A DNA stretch of 61,193 nucleotides, the filler included, from Sphacelaria rigidula (Eukaryota): NCBI GenBank assembly GCA_964200075.2. It is 4 parts of 4 records of this genome, joined end to end, with 100 filler letters (N's around TTAATTAATTAA, not from the genome) between each part and the next. Parts side by side here need not be neighbours in the genome. Positions count along the whole stretch, not along the records: positions 30,650 to 45,871 come from CAXNAA020001854.1; positions 45,972 to 61,193 come from CAXNAA020001855.1; 2 more parts are not named here. One strand, written 5' to 3'. This document shows, one piece after another, positions 38,200-49,400 of the stretch. Position 1 is the first letter of the stretch. Every line of letters starts with the position of its first letter. A program made the position numbers and the translations under genes. The notes beneath the pieces were generated by a model. That model was not told the DNA's origin, did no database searches, and saw only the letters and a list, made by a program, of their open reading frames with translations.

Positions 38200-41100
38200 A
38201 ACCACGTGGCACCGACGTTATAGAGAACGGCAAAGCTGCGTCGAGCACGACGAATACATAGTATGGCGGTTTTTCGGGTACGTTTAGCGTAGGATGAGGA
38301 AAGAGAACAAAAACATGGCCCCCAAGCTCATCTATTGGCGGAGAGCACAAGGGGATTCTTGTGACGCTCTGAAAACCTTACTCGAGACCTCAATGGGCGC
38401 ATTGGTATGGTCTGGGAGAGTCCATAGTTAAGGAAACTTGCCGACAACGACCAGGGCTGCAAGATATTGCATGCAGTCCGTAGACCCTCTTGTGCTCGAT
38501 GTTCGCACCTGGTGAAGTACTCCGCAGTTGTGAATGTGCCCTAATCCTCGCGCAAGTTGAATAGAGTAGCTCAGCAATCGTCCTTGGACCTACGTTGCGG
38601 CAAGCGGGGAAAGGCCAGATCCGAGATACATGACGGTGATTCTGGGGTCGCGGACCGAGTGGAAATCGTGTAACAGCCTTACATCCATAGAGCCCAGAAC
38701 CATGGCCGATGTCCTGTTTTCGAAATAAAACCTATGAAGTGCTGCAGGTGTCCGGAAGTAAAGACGGTGTACGGAAAGTAGAGACGGCATCGAAACAATG
38801 GTGATGAAAAATAATGGAGGGTAGATACCAGCGCACACCATGAAGCGGAGAAAAATTGTCGTGATTTGTTTTAGGGTTTTCGATCCAACCGATACCAATT
38901 GCTTGCGTCCCGTAACCGTTTTCAGGGCCACAGCACCTCCGCCCGCGGACCATGGTATAGTTCCCCCTCGCCTTCCCCCACTAAGCTGTCCAGGTCTCTT
39001 CCGGTCACAAAGTCCTCGAAGCAGAAATACTCCTCGTCCTCGCTGCAGAAACCCATGATATGCGCAGACCGAATATTCACAACGTTTCGATGTCGTTTCA
39101 CGCGCACAGCCTGCTCGCCGAGGGTAGGACCAGATGTCGGCAGCGTATCGTAAAAACGCTTGTAACAGCAATGCCAAACGTACCAGCATTGTTCAGCTGA
39201 GGTCACCGCTGGCAGCACGATGTTCCTCCACGAGGAGGGTAAGGATGCACACCACTGCCCCCAATATACTCAGGTATTTGAGACACCACGCGAGTGATGT
39301 GAGTCCTCTCTGGGGATCAGAACCAGTTAACTATGCTGCGCGCGCTTGCGTTGTAGCACAAAATCTGCGTGAGTGGCGCACCAAGCGGACCTGTCGCATG
39401 ATTCCAAGAGTTACGAGCTATCCAAGGATGCGGCGTTACCCACGTTGCAATCGATTCGGAAAGACGCAAAGTATGTATCAATATACTTCACCGTGAGGAT
39501 TTCCTCCAGAAGAAGCACGCGATACTCGTCCTGCTTGTCCATATCAAGATCAGCAAGTCGAACGGTTTTCATTGCGAGAGTCGCACCGCGTTCTCTCCCC
39601 ACACCGGCCCACACGACTTCGTAAACTTCGCCGAACGCTCCTTGTCCAACGAACCGAGTTACCGTGCAGAGTGGAGTGCTAGGATCGAGCACACGGTGAG
39701 GGAAGCATCACACGAACCAGAGGGGACTCGAACCTTAGCAGAGGTACAGACAGCGCTACGCTCTGCTTTCGACGAAGGCGGGGCGTAGGACTCCCGCTGT
39801 GTGGTTTGAGTATCTTCTCAAGACGTGCGGTCGCGTGGTTGTCACGTTTGACAAATGCTTCAAAGAGCAGGCTTCGTTCGTGGTGTCATCGGCGGTAAAC
39901 CCAACTGTCTACGTCAAGCCCACGCTTGAACCAAGTCTAGGAGGCAGACGACGGCGAACAATCAGCTACCGACTATATCAGCCACAACCGCACGGGTCAG
40001 AACCGGGTGGATAACCATGAGCTCCCCCTCTTTGGGGGAGCAATTGGACTTACCAGCAATGCTCCCATCTTATCCCTAACTTCCTTCAACGGCGCCCCTC
40101 ACTTGCCCCACACGATCTTTGCCACCAACTCTTACTACAACAATCCACCAGGCGCACGGAAACTCTACTTGCAGACCTTGTCACTTCATCTACAATGTTT
40201 TCCCCTGCCTTGAAGCGAGATCGCACCGGCGCGGCTGCAGGCGGCGCTAATTTAGGCTGCTTCTTCTTTATCTCGACCCAAAGAGCAGTGGGGACCTGGG
40301 AACAGAGAAAAATCCGGGACGATCAAAACGACAGACATGGTGCGCCACGCGTGTACGCTGGAGTCTTCCGTGGTTGTGCAATGAAACACGCCGAGGTTGT
40401 AGTGCGCCTTGGCATTGGTACGAAGATTAATCAGCTGCTATCCTGGAAGGAAATAGTCGATACATAAGCATTTGCGAATACCCAGAGGTTGGCCTCTGTG
40501 CTCATGTTGCGGTCGAACACCACGCCATTGATTTCCCCATCGCCCTCGCCGTAGTCACAAAGCACCCACCTTGGCTTGGAACCCCCGGTGATGGAACTCT
40601 GTGCGTTTCATGTCTTTCATCGTTAGTGTCGCCAGTCTCGCACCGTCGACACTCCCATTTACAAACGCCTCTGCTTCAGCAAAAGCAGCAAGTTTTAGGG
40701 GCAAGCTCCGAAGCCACGTCCGCACATCGGCGGCTGTCCACCCCTCCACGTCTTTTCCTTCAAGCGAACTCTCCGCGGGGTAAGAGTCGGGTATGGCAAC
40801 GGGAGAGGTGAAGGAGCTCCTCCGCCTACCTTTCATCGGTACCACCAGCATCGACTGCCGGGCCCATTGCTCTCCAAAGCTGGACCCTCGCTCCCTACTG
40901 CCGTTGCTGCTGTCAGAAACCGCTGTACCTTCTTTCTCATCCGAGACGCAACTAACGACGACACGCGCATCGGCTGACTGCTGTGCAAGCTGTCCTTCAT
41001 GTCTGGGGTTGATGCCGTCGTTGCCATCACCTGAAGTAAAATCTGAGCCATTACTCCATCCACCAATTCTGGGGTCAAGTCCTCCAGTTTCATCTGTGCC

Positions 41101-43739
41101 GTCAGCTCTGCCGCTTTCAGCGCTGTTTTTGCCGCCGGGATTACCTCCACCACGCTGGCCCTCGCGAACCTCCATTGTGAAGCTTCTATCCCTCCCCTGA
41201 CTGTCATGGTCCCACGGGACACCACCGCGCGCCAAAACCGGAACTTGGCCAGCAAGGTTGGCATCAACTTGGCGTCCCACATGTTCTTTTCGTTCTGGGG
41301 AGGCTTTCCCATCTTTGGGATGCCAAGGGGTATGCCAAAAGTTAGCCGGCTTTGCGAGTAACGCCGAGGATTCGACCGGAGAGGACTTCGTGTCTCCCCG
41401 CCCACTCTCCCCTTTACCACTACTGCGCCCTACAATGCCGCCGCTGGCGGCTCGAGCAGGAGATGAAACCCGACGTCTCGCGTTTGGTGGTGGTTCTCCC
41501 GACGGACGTGGAGGTGTATGCGCCGCCGGTGGGGGTCCGGACGGTCGTGGACGCCGTGGCTTCTGAGTTATCGTTGTTTGGTAGCAAGAAAGGGCCGTTC
41601 GACGTTCGAAGAGGTTGGGATGAAAACTACGACGGGTGAGATCCTTGTCTCGTGGTGTTGCCATCATTTACCTTGTACGCGATTGCCACATCGCAGTCAT
41701 GCTTTGCTCGCACGCGTTCTTCACAATAATATCTGACACCGTTTGGAGACTGCTACTGCTTTTTTCTGGCATTTTTATTTTGATGCCTTCTCTTGCTCGG
41801 GGGCGAAATCCGTAGTCACATGAGATCAACCCGTATCTACCTCGGTACATGCCATTTTTTTTGGCTTTGCGGAATGGATCAGCGCTCTTGCACCGCTGGA
41901 CTTTTCGTCAACTTTTCTCTTCTGCTCACTCCCTCATGTTTTCAACAACGGAGATCAAGCACTCCTCAGAAAACCCCGCATATGCTTGGATGATACTTGA
42001 TGCACCCATCGCTGCTCATTTCGTGCAGTCGAACACTGCGCTACTGATTGTACACCTCGTAGGACCTCTTTTTTTCCTTTTTCATGTTTTAGGTCGGCCA
42101 TTTCTTTCTGTGCTTTGCTTGTGTTGACTTTTTATTACTTTTTTATCACGACATAGTCTGCTATGTCGTTCTTCTTTTTTTTTTCTGTTCCTTTTTTTTT
42201 TCTTAGGGCGTCTTTCAGTTTCGTTTTTCTTGGATATGTCCATCATGAGACCCCGGCTGGACTCCTGGGGGGTCAGTTAAAGTGCGACAATCAATCAATC
42301 AATCAATCAATCAGTTAGGACCCACATTTACGGCTGAGCTCTAAGTTCATTGTATGATGCTGACCTTGACGTCGGCCTTTTTCCTTGTGTCAGTTACACC
42401 CCCGTCATCTAGCGTCCGCTTGGTTTCCCATTGTAAAAGTGGCCAGAGGTACTTCATCAGATCTCCTTTCGGAATCTTGCCCAATCTTTCGGTGTCCAGC
42501 AAATCGAACATGCTCTCTGCCTGGGCGAGTGAAATATTGTACCTGCTTGCGGATACCGCGTAAGTAAAGGCAGACATTGCGGATTGGGGATCTCTCTCTT
42601 GTGTGCCGTGTTACTATTTTGTGTGTGTTGTCACCCCCATTTACTCTGGACGCCAGTCTACACCTTTCGGTATTTGTGGGCGCATCACCCGAGATCCCAC
42701 AGGAAGAAGGCCAACACAGGAGTTTTTCTTTATTCTTTCGTTCAAGTACTCCACCTTCCTTCTGCGGTGTTTGCCATATTTTCATCGCGAGAGGGGTTCG
42801 GCAGTCCCCTTCCCTCGTCGACCGTGAAGTCGAATTGTGATTATTGTATTGACATATAGTGTGATAAATAAACTTCAGAAAAGCAAAAACAAATCACTGC
42901 CCATATACTAAATTTGATACACTGTAGTGAGGTGAGAGTCGATGATTCACATGATAACTTACACTGGAATAGCGTGGATCATACGCAGATGCGCGGAGAA
43001 TAAAGGATAAGCAAGTTACCGTAGCCTTTTTCTTTTGTGCGCTTTCGTGATCGATCTGAACTCTAGGAGGTGCCGAATAAATCGTTTTCTTCCGGTCTGC
43101 CCATCAGCTACGCCGGTAGCCAGTACCAACTAAGACAAAGGTCAGACGCCAATCCTGACAGCCTTACCCATGGTCCCGCGCGAGTTCAGCCATCTGGCGC
43201 CTCTCGATCACTTGATTGACTTGCTCAGCAGCGACGCAGGCGGCAGGCGCCGGCAGAGCTCGATCGTCCCCCGATGCACGGTATTCGGTCGGGACCGCAC
43301 CTCTGAAGCTGTTCTGCGAAATTTCTTCGCCGCCGCCCCCATTGCCCTGCCTTACTGATGTAACGGCGACGATACTACTTCGCCGCAGCTGCCTCGAAAA
43401 CATTCGGCGTTCCTTTCGAGGAGGCGGAGGCGAACCTCGCTGCTGGTGGTGCTGCTCCACCACCTGGCCATCGCAAGTGCTACCATCACGTTCCAGCCGT
43501 AATTGAGTGAAGGTCTGACTTTTTCCTGTGTCCTCGAGCGCGAGAGCTTTGTTCTCAACCACGGCAGGGGAATAATCATTATTTTCGATGCCGATATCGC
43601 CCTTGGTGGATAAACGCAGGGCCGCTAGCCGTTGCCTGTGGTACTCTGCGGACAAAACCTCTGCGAAGTGATCGAACTCTCTTTCGGCACTGCTGTCTAC
43701 CGTATACACCGTAGAGTCGGTCGAAGTGCCGACACCCAT
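31193..43739 (-). CDS. Large multi-exon protein kinase: EF-hand-like + SAM + Ser/Thr kinase + TPR-like repeats + second degenerate kinase domain; possibly a pseudogene
   Basis: Exons include 43739-43168, 42542-42365 (MFDLLDTERLGKIPKGDL), ~41563-40570 (WTAADVRTWLRSL SAM-like), 40295-40209 and 39936-39734. Kinase 1 motifs: GQGAFGEVY, AMK, HQDMKSAN, DFG, GYTPRYRSPE, DMWAAG, RP (~39680-36720). TPR-like exons ~35774-34010. Kinase 2: GGGAEVY, LAAAMAHCHRRG/LILQDVKPEDVL, DNWAWALIVLQMF (~33320-31193). Two predicted exons contain an in-frame TGA. 3' end not located. Confidence 0.75.
37808..37866 (-). repeat. (AAC)n microsatellite encoding poly-Asn inside a kinase exon
   Basis: TTG repeats on the + strand, in frame within ORF 37450..38148 between DFG and GYTPRY. 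Confidence 0.9.
42190..42312 (+). mobile_element. 3' end of a non-LTR retroelement with (AATC)n tail (family B); related fragments at ~15618-15790(-), 21555-21705(+), 22225-22380(-), 24880-24990(-), 27838-27990(-), 49330-49455(+) and 57770-57900(-)
   Basis: Shared ...GGGGGTCAGTTAAAGTGCGACAATCAATCAATC terminus and upstream GAGTGTTTCCRTTTT / CAYGTCYATCATGTGAC motifs. Confidence 0.65.
42620..42837 (-). mobile_element. Family A SINE, 3' half
   Basis: GTGTGTGTTGTCACCCCCATTTACTCTGGACGCCAGTC...TCGACCGTGAAGTCGAA matches the family in reverse. Confidence 0.8.
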
Positions 43740-44146
43740 CGCGTAATAGGTGGCTTATTACTATCGGCGGCGACAGGGCAATGATGCTCGTACTTGAGGT
43801 ACGGCGCGGCGAGGTATTGCAGTCTTTACGGTCGCCGACGAAAGAGGGCGGGATGGATACGATGTGCTCGAGCGCCGTAGGTCGTACCTGTATGAGTGGT
43901 TTCGCCGGGAAACAGCGCAACGGACAATTGTGAGCAAGTTGTGTTGATGTGCGCAACAAGCGCGCAGACATCAACGCAGACAGAGTGAAATTCTCGCTCG
44001 CAACGCTTCAAACACCCCAGGTACCGTGGTGGGAGCTGTAGATAGGGTAGAGTTAAGTCGAGCATTGTCGCACAGTAGTACAGCTACTGTGGACACATGT
44101 ACAGGCTGGTTCACGCTTTCGACCCAACACTCATTCGTGCGCAAAA

Positions 44147-44413
44147 TTTCACGCCGATTCTTCGAGTTAGATTTTCGAAAGCCTGCGTACATACATTATG
44201 GAGAATTTCGAAATCTTCAGTCACAGGTGTCTGTCGAGTTTTCCCCGCCAATCATCGAGGGTCCCAGGGTCATGGGGAGCAACCTGCCATATTGGGACCC
44301 CCGAAACCTGGCGAAAAAAAAAACTAGAAAAACACCGTTCATCACAAGTACCGGAACATCTGGTGGTATATTTGCGCCAATTTACAGAGCTGAACTCCGA
44401 GAATCGGCGTGAA
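44147..44413. mobile_element. MITE (~270 bp)
   Basis: TTCACGCCGATTCTTCGAGTT ... AACTCCGAGAATCGGCGTGAA inverted termini. Confidence 0.6.
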
Positions 44414-45045
44414 CATTCGGATGTTTGTGCGGCAAAATGCGCTTGGAAGGTGAAAACTCCCAACTACTTCGTTCGAGTATCGAAAAGACTTTGCGGATAT
44501 GTTTAACGTGAAAACGGCCACGTTGCACCATTCTTTCAGTTACGGAACGATTCGTTGTACAATTTTTTCTTGGACTATCCCGGGACGCATAATAGTTTAT
44601 TTCCGTTTAACATTAATTTTGAGGCATTCCGTACCGGCTTAATGGGGTCTTCACGCGGGGATCTGCAGAAGCCGGGAAAGAGTTGAGAAACTTTGAAATT
44701 AGTTTCAAAAAGCATTTTTCCCTTTTGAATGCGGTCGGAGCTTATCTACGACAGACAGGTGTAAGGTAAACGGTCAAAATGCTTTCTGGGTCTTTGGTGC
44801 ACATCATCGATGGAAATCCAACGACGCCGACACCCCGTACATCAACGCATTGCCGGCTATTAAAATATGATGCGTCGGGTAGAAATTGGATTGGGAATTG
44901 GCGTTTTACTTTCAGAACACTTTGAGGGTCGCCGATTGGTGAAGTTACTATATTTCACCATTTTTTACCCTTAGCTCCACCACTATGAGCTGAAACCAAA
45001 TCCGGCTACGAGCTGGGCCAGCCTAGAGGCGGATTTGAAGTTTGC

Positions 45046-45324
45046 AGGCCCATGCTCTTTTATGCATTTAGAGTTGGGCCCTGAAATTTGGTATGGACAG
45101 TGCATAGGGTGAAAGAAAAGAATTTACTGAAGTACCAAAAGAGTTTTTTTTTTCATGAGTTAAGGGCATTTTGGTGATACCTGAAAACCGATTATTGCCC
45201 TTAACTCATTAAAAAATAAAAATAAAATCCTTTGGTACTTGAGTCATTTTTTTTCTTATGCCCTATGCACTGTCCATACCAAATTTCAGGGCCCAACTCT
45301 AAATGTATAAAAGAGCATGGGCCT
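45046..45324. repeat. Long inverted repeat (arms ~123 and ~129 bp, 27-bp spacer)
   Basis: Outer 64 bp of the arms match at 63/64 positions; inner ends are TTAAGGGCA / TGCCCTTAA. Confidence 0.92.
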
Positions 45325-45871
45325 ATCAAAAACCGGGTCGGTAGAAATTCGGAACAGTATTTTGCAGGCCACTCACCGGCCAACGTTTCGTTTTCGTGTA
45401 TTGAAATTTGGTGTGGGCGCTCTCTGAGGCATCATCAACAATAAAAGTGGGTCAGGTTCATTTTTTTTCTTTTTATGCACTGGTTCAGCGCGTTCTACTA
45501 TGGTCAGGACCAATTTTTCACGAGAACGTCCGAACTTCTATGAAAAAATAAATAAATAAAGACCCATTTTTTTTTTCTTTGGCACACTATTGTGGTTCCC
45601 TATGCTAATTTTCAAATCACAATTCTAGAAATTGAGCTACAACAGTGCGATAAGGCTTAAGAGCAACGTTAATTTTCCCTCAAAACTCCACTAAAAACAC
45701 GAAAAAAAATGAAAAAAAAAGGAGAAAAGGTAGCAAGCCATTTTATTTTATTTTATTTTATTATGCACGAGCAGTCCACTACACGAAATTTTATCGAACA
45801 AGCTCTAAAAAAATGAGACGCAATGTCCAGATTAAGGGCATCTAGTAAATCTGCTCGTAATATATTGATTT

Positions 45872-45971
45872 NNNNNNNNNNNNNNNNNNNNNNNNNNNNN
45901 NNNNNNNNNNNNNNNTTAATTAATTAANNNNNNNNNNNNNNNNNNNNNNNNNNNNNNNNNNNNNNNNNNNN
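45872..45971. other. Artificial scaffold-joining linker
   Basis: Same 44N-TTAATTAATTAA-44N structure. Confidence 0.97.
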
Positions 45972-46452
45972 CCTACGAAGCCGGGACGGAGCACGCCGGG
46001 TTCTCGCCGGACCAGGCTGGCATGGGTGGGGGGGGGTATGACAAAATTCAGGCGATTTGCCGCATTTTCAGTGGTCGAAATGAGGGCTACATATCTGACG
46101 AACTCTCGGTACCGGGGCAACGACAAAAGAAACAGGCGAGCTAGGGCCGAATCTCTCAAGAGTAAGGAGGCAGCGCGTGAACTGCGCCAAAAGCTGACGG
46201 GGGATTCTAGTGGATCGGACCCCCATACTGCCTTGAGCAAAGCGTGCGAACGCTCGAGGCGCCTACCCCGCATGACTGTCGCGCGGCAGCCTAGCCGAGA
46301 CACATAGTATTCGCACATGAAGTCCCCTTGTGGGATGAGTGTTGGATAAGGTTTCCTGCCTCGAGGAAAAAAAGAGAAAAACCAGAAACAGGCCGCGCGC
46401 AATCACTCGAACAAACCAATGAGAAAAAAAAAACGGGGGGTGTGTGCCTCAC

Positions 46453-49400
46453 CTAGCCCCCGACTTGCGCTGAGCGTCCCACATATCTTTCAGGTCATCT
46501 GCGATTGTCAACGAACCGTCAGGGCCTCCCACGTCCAGGAATGATAGCTTGGCCCCAGTCGCCATGCCTGAGCCCTCGGGTAGTTCCTCCTCTGGGTCGT
46601 CGAAGCAGGGAAAGTCGAAGCCGGTGTAGTCGTCGCAGCTCTGCGAAAAAGTCACCAAAAAACAAAAAAGAAGAAGAAGAAAAACAGCAACGAGAGGAGG
46701 AAAATAGGATAAATCGACAAATAAATAAAAAAAGATTGAGGAGGAATAAAATCGAAAGAAAAATAATCTTGTGTACAAGAAGAAAATGAGAGCGCGCGCG
46801 GGGGGCGGGCGGAGGGGGAGCAACTCACACCATATTAGATCAAATAGACAAGAGATAGACACGCAAAAAGCGCCTGAAAATATATGATAACACAAAACAG
46901 AATAAAATTGATGAAAAGACACCAAAAAAATAAGAACATGGCAAACCAAAAACGATACAAGACTGCATGAAAAGCCCGCTATAAATACTAAATACTAACA
47001 AGAAGAAGAACAACAGCAACAACACTGGCAAGAGAAACATGACGATTTCTTCGGCCTGACCGCCCAAAAGGGAGAAAAAAAGTTTATCACTGGTCTGAGG
47101 GGTATCCACGCAACTTTTGCGCTGTTCAACCAGTCCGGGCTGCGTGTACCTGGGTTGCAACGCTGAACTAAACCCCAGGGATTGATTCGTCACAAGTCGG
47201 CTCATCATACTAAAACCAAGTAATTTCCAGATGAATCATTATTTGTCCGACCCTTGCACACTTCAGTCGCTTTCCACTGTACTGTTGGGCAATATGTGAG
47301 GAAAAAAACCCCAGATCACATAAATTTTCACCGAGATTCGAACCCACGTCCCGACTGATAGAAGGTTTCGAGGTCACCAACCGAGCCACCGGGACACAGT
47401 ACAGAACTAAAACTAAAATGATGTCATAAATGACAAATGATCTAAACTCCAACGTAGTCAACAGTTAATGGATAAACAAAAAATAAACAAGATCAAAAGT
47501 AAGAGTTGATGACAATAAAAACAAAAACGTACCGTGCTGTTGTCGCATGAGTACAGCGGGCAGGCATATTCCGGGTTCCAGTGACAGTCTGTCGATTTAA
47601 AATACTTGACGCAGTCGCCGAAACACGACATGGTGGAGTCAGCGTCTTCGCACTGAGCCTCTGAGATCTGCGGTGATGTATAAACACGACGGGAACAAAT
47701 GAAAAAAAAAAGTGGACGAAGCCCGGGCGAAGCGCGAAAAAACAAACAACCGACACGATCAGGTACAATACAGGTACGAGTGAATTCATGGACCACGAAT
47801 CACTATGGATAACCCCACGAGCACTCGTAAAAAACAAAAATCTCGTCCGTACGGAAGGCACATCTGTGCCCAACCCAACCTTCAGTCGATCCAGAATGCA
47901 CGCTTTGCACAAATGATCACTTTCCAGCATCGACCATATTTCACACCCTATACAACATACGGTCAACAGGTGCGATAGACGCAAAACTGTACCACGTGGT
48001 GTGTGGGCCTATCGCAACTATTGTCGGCTGATAATAGTTGCAAGAGGCCCACACTTCACGCAGCACATTTTCTGTCTACTGCAACTATTGCACATCTTGG
48101 ACAATGTTTTGTGTTCCTTTTTTGCGAAAAAAAATCCAACCCCAACCACTCCCAATCAAGCAATAAAAACCATATCCCAACAAATATTAATATTAATGAA
48201 TTAGTTGATGTATATTTTTTTCATTCCTATTTTCAATTGGTGAATATTGAGTTGATTGCGTTTGTTCATGTTATTAGGCTGGAGTCTCTGAAAAAATGAT
48301 GGAGGACTTCATGTCTTGTAAGGAATAGAAGGGGCAGTATCGGAAAGACGAGCCTAGGTCTGTGACCACGGATTCGAGAGATCGGACTAATGTGCGAATA
48401 ATAACAGTAACAGTAACAGTAACAGTAACAATAACAATAACAATAACAAAAACAATGATAATATGTTCAAAAGTTGCATGAGACAAGGAATGTACTGCTT
48501 CAAGTATAAGTGTAGGCCTATTGTCGGCTGACAATAGGCGCAATAGGCCTACGCTTTACGCAGTATAATTCTCGTCCTTTGCAACTACGGACATAAATTG
48601 TCCAGGGTGCGCCACATCTTGCAGGCGGGACAATTGGAGCCCTCGATGCCCATGTACTCGGAAAAAAATCAGCATGGACACTCGCTCGCAGGGTTTTCCC
48701 GTTCTGACCGCCTCACCTTCCGATGGATACGAGTAAAGACTGCCAGACTCAGATGTCTCCATCTATCTACGGGAGCTTGAAGTCATCGAAATTTCAAAAA
48801 AAGGAAGGATCGCCTTTTTACCGTCACCCTCAATCTCACGGGCATCACATGCCGGAGATGACATCCTAATAAAGAAAAATCCACTATGTTTTCCTCTGAT
48901 ACACGCCTGACACGTTGGTGCAGTATCGTGGATGGCATCGGCACTTCCGCCCGCACCGTCCATCTGGTGTTGTTTGCTACATACGGCAAACAGCACTCAC
49001 AGCATCCTTGCGTTTTTAACGACCGAGGCTACTTATGTATTAAAAAAACGTAAGCAGAAAACCGGTTTTTCAACATCACGATTTTCCACGGAATTTTTCG
49101 AAGCAGCCCTTCTTACGTGATCGACGCACCATCAAAATTGGAAAAGCAGTGTTCATCGTTTTTTATGAGGTGTGTAGACATCTATTATTTTCTTTTAAAA
49201 TAAATAAAAAGTAGCCTAAAATCAGACAGCGCTCGAAAAAATGTTTGAAAAAAGAATTTGATTTTTTTTTGTTTGGTTGTCATTCTCTGCTATTTTTTTT
49301 TCAATCCTGCTTGGTATATTTTTTATTCTTGTTACCACTTTCTTCTTTAGCAAGCGCTTCCGTTTTCTTTCTTAAACTTGAGTATATCTATCGTGTGACG

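Noticed and set aside
34010..39936. Selenoprotein interpretation of the two TGAs
   Set aside because: Neither TGA is in a redox or Cys-type motif and no SECIS element could be identified; nonsense mutation is simpler.
45972..46365. ORFs at the start of scaffold 4 as the next subtilase exon
   Set aside because: No S8 motif (such as SNSWG or GTSMA) is visible; the sequence looks like an intronic repeat running into the linker.
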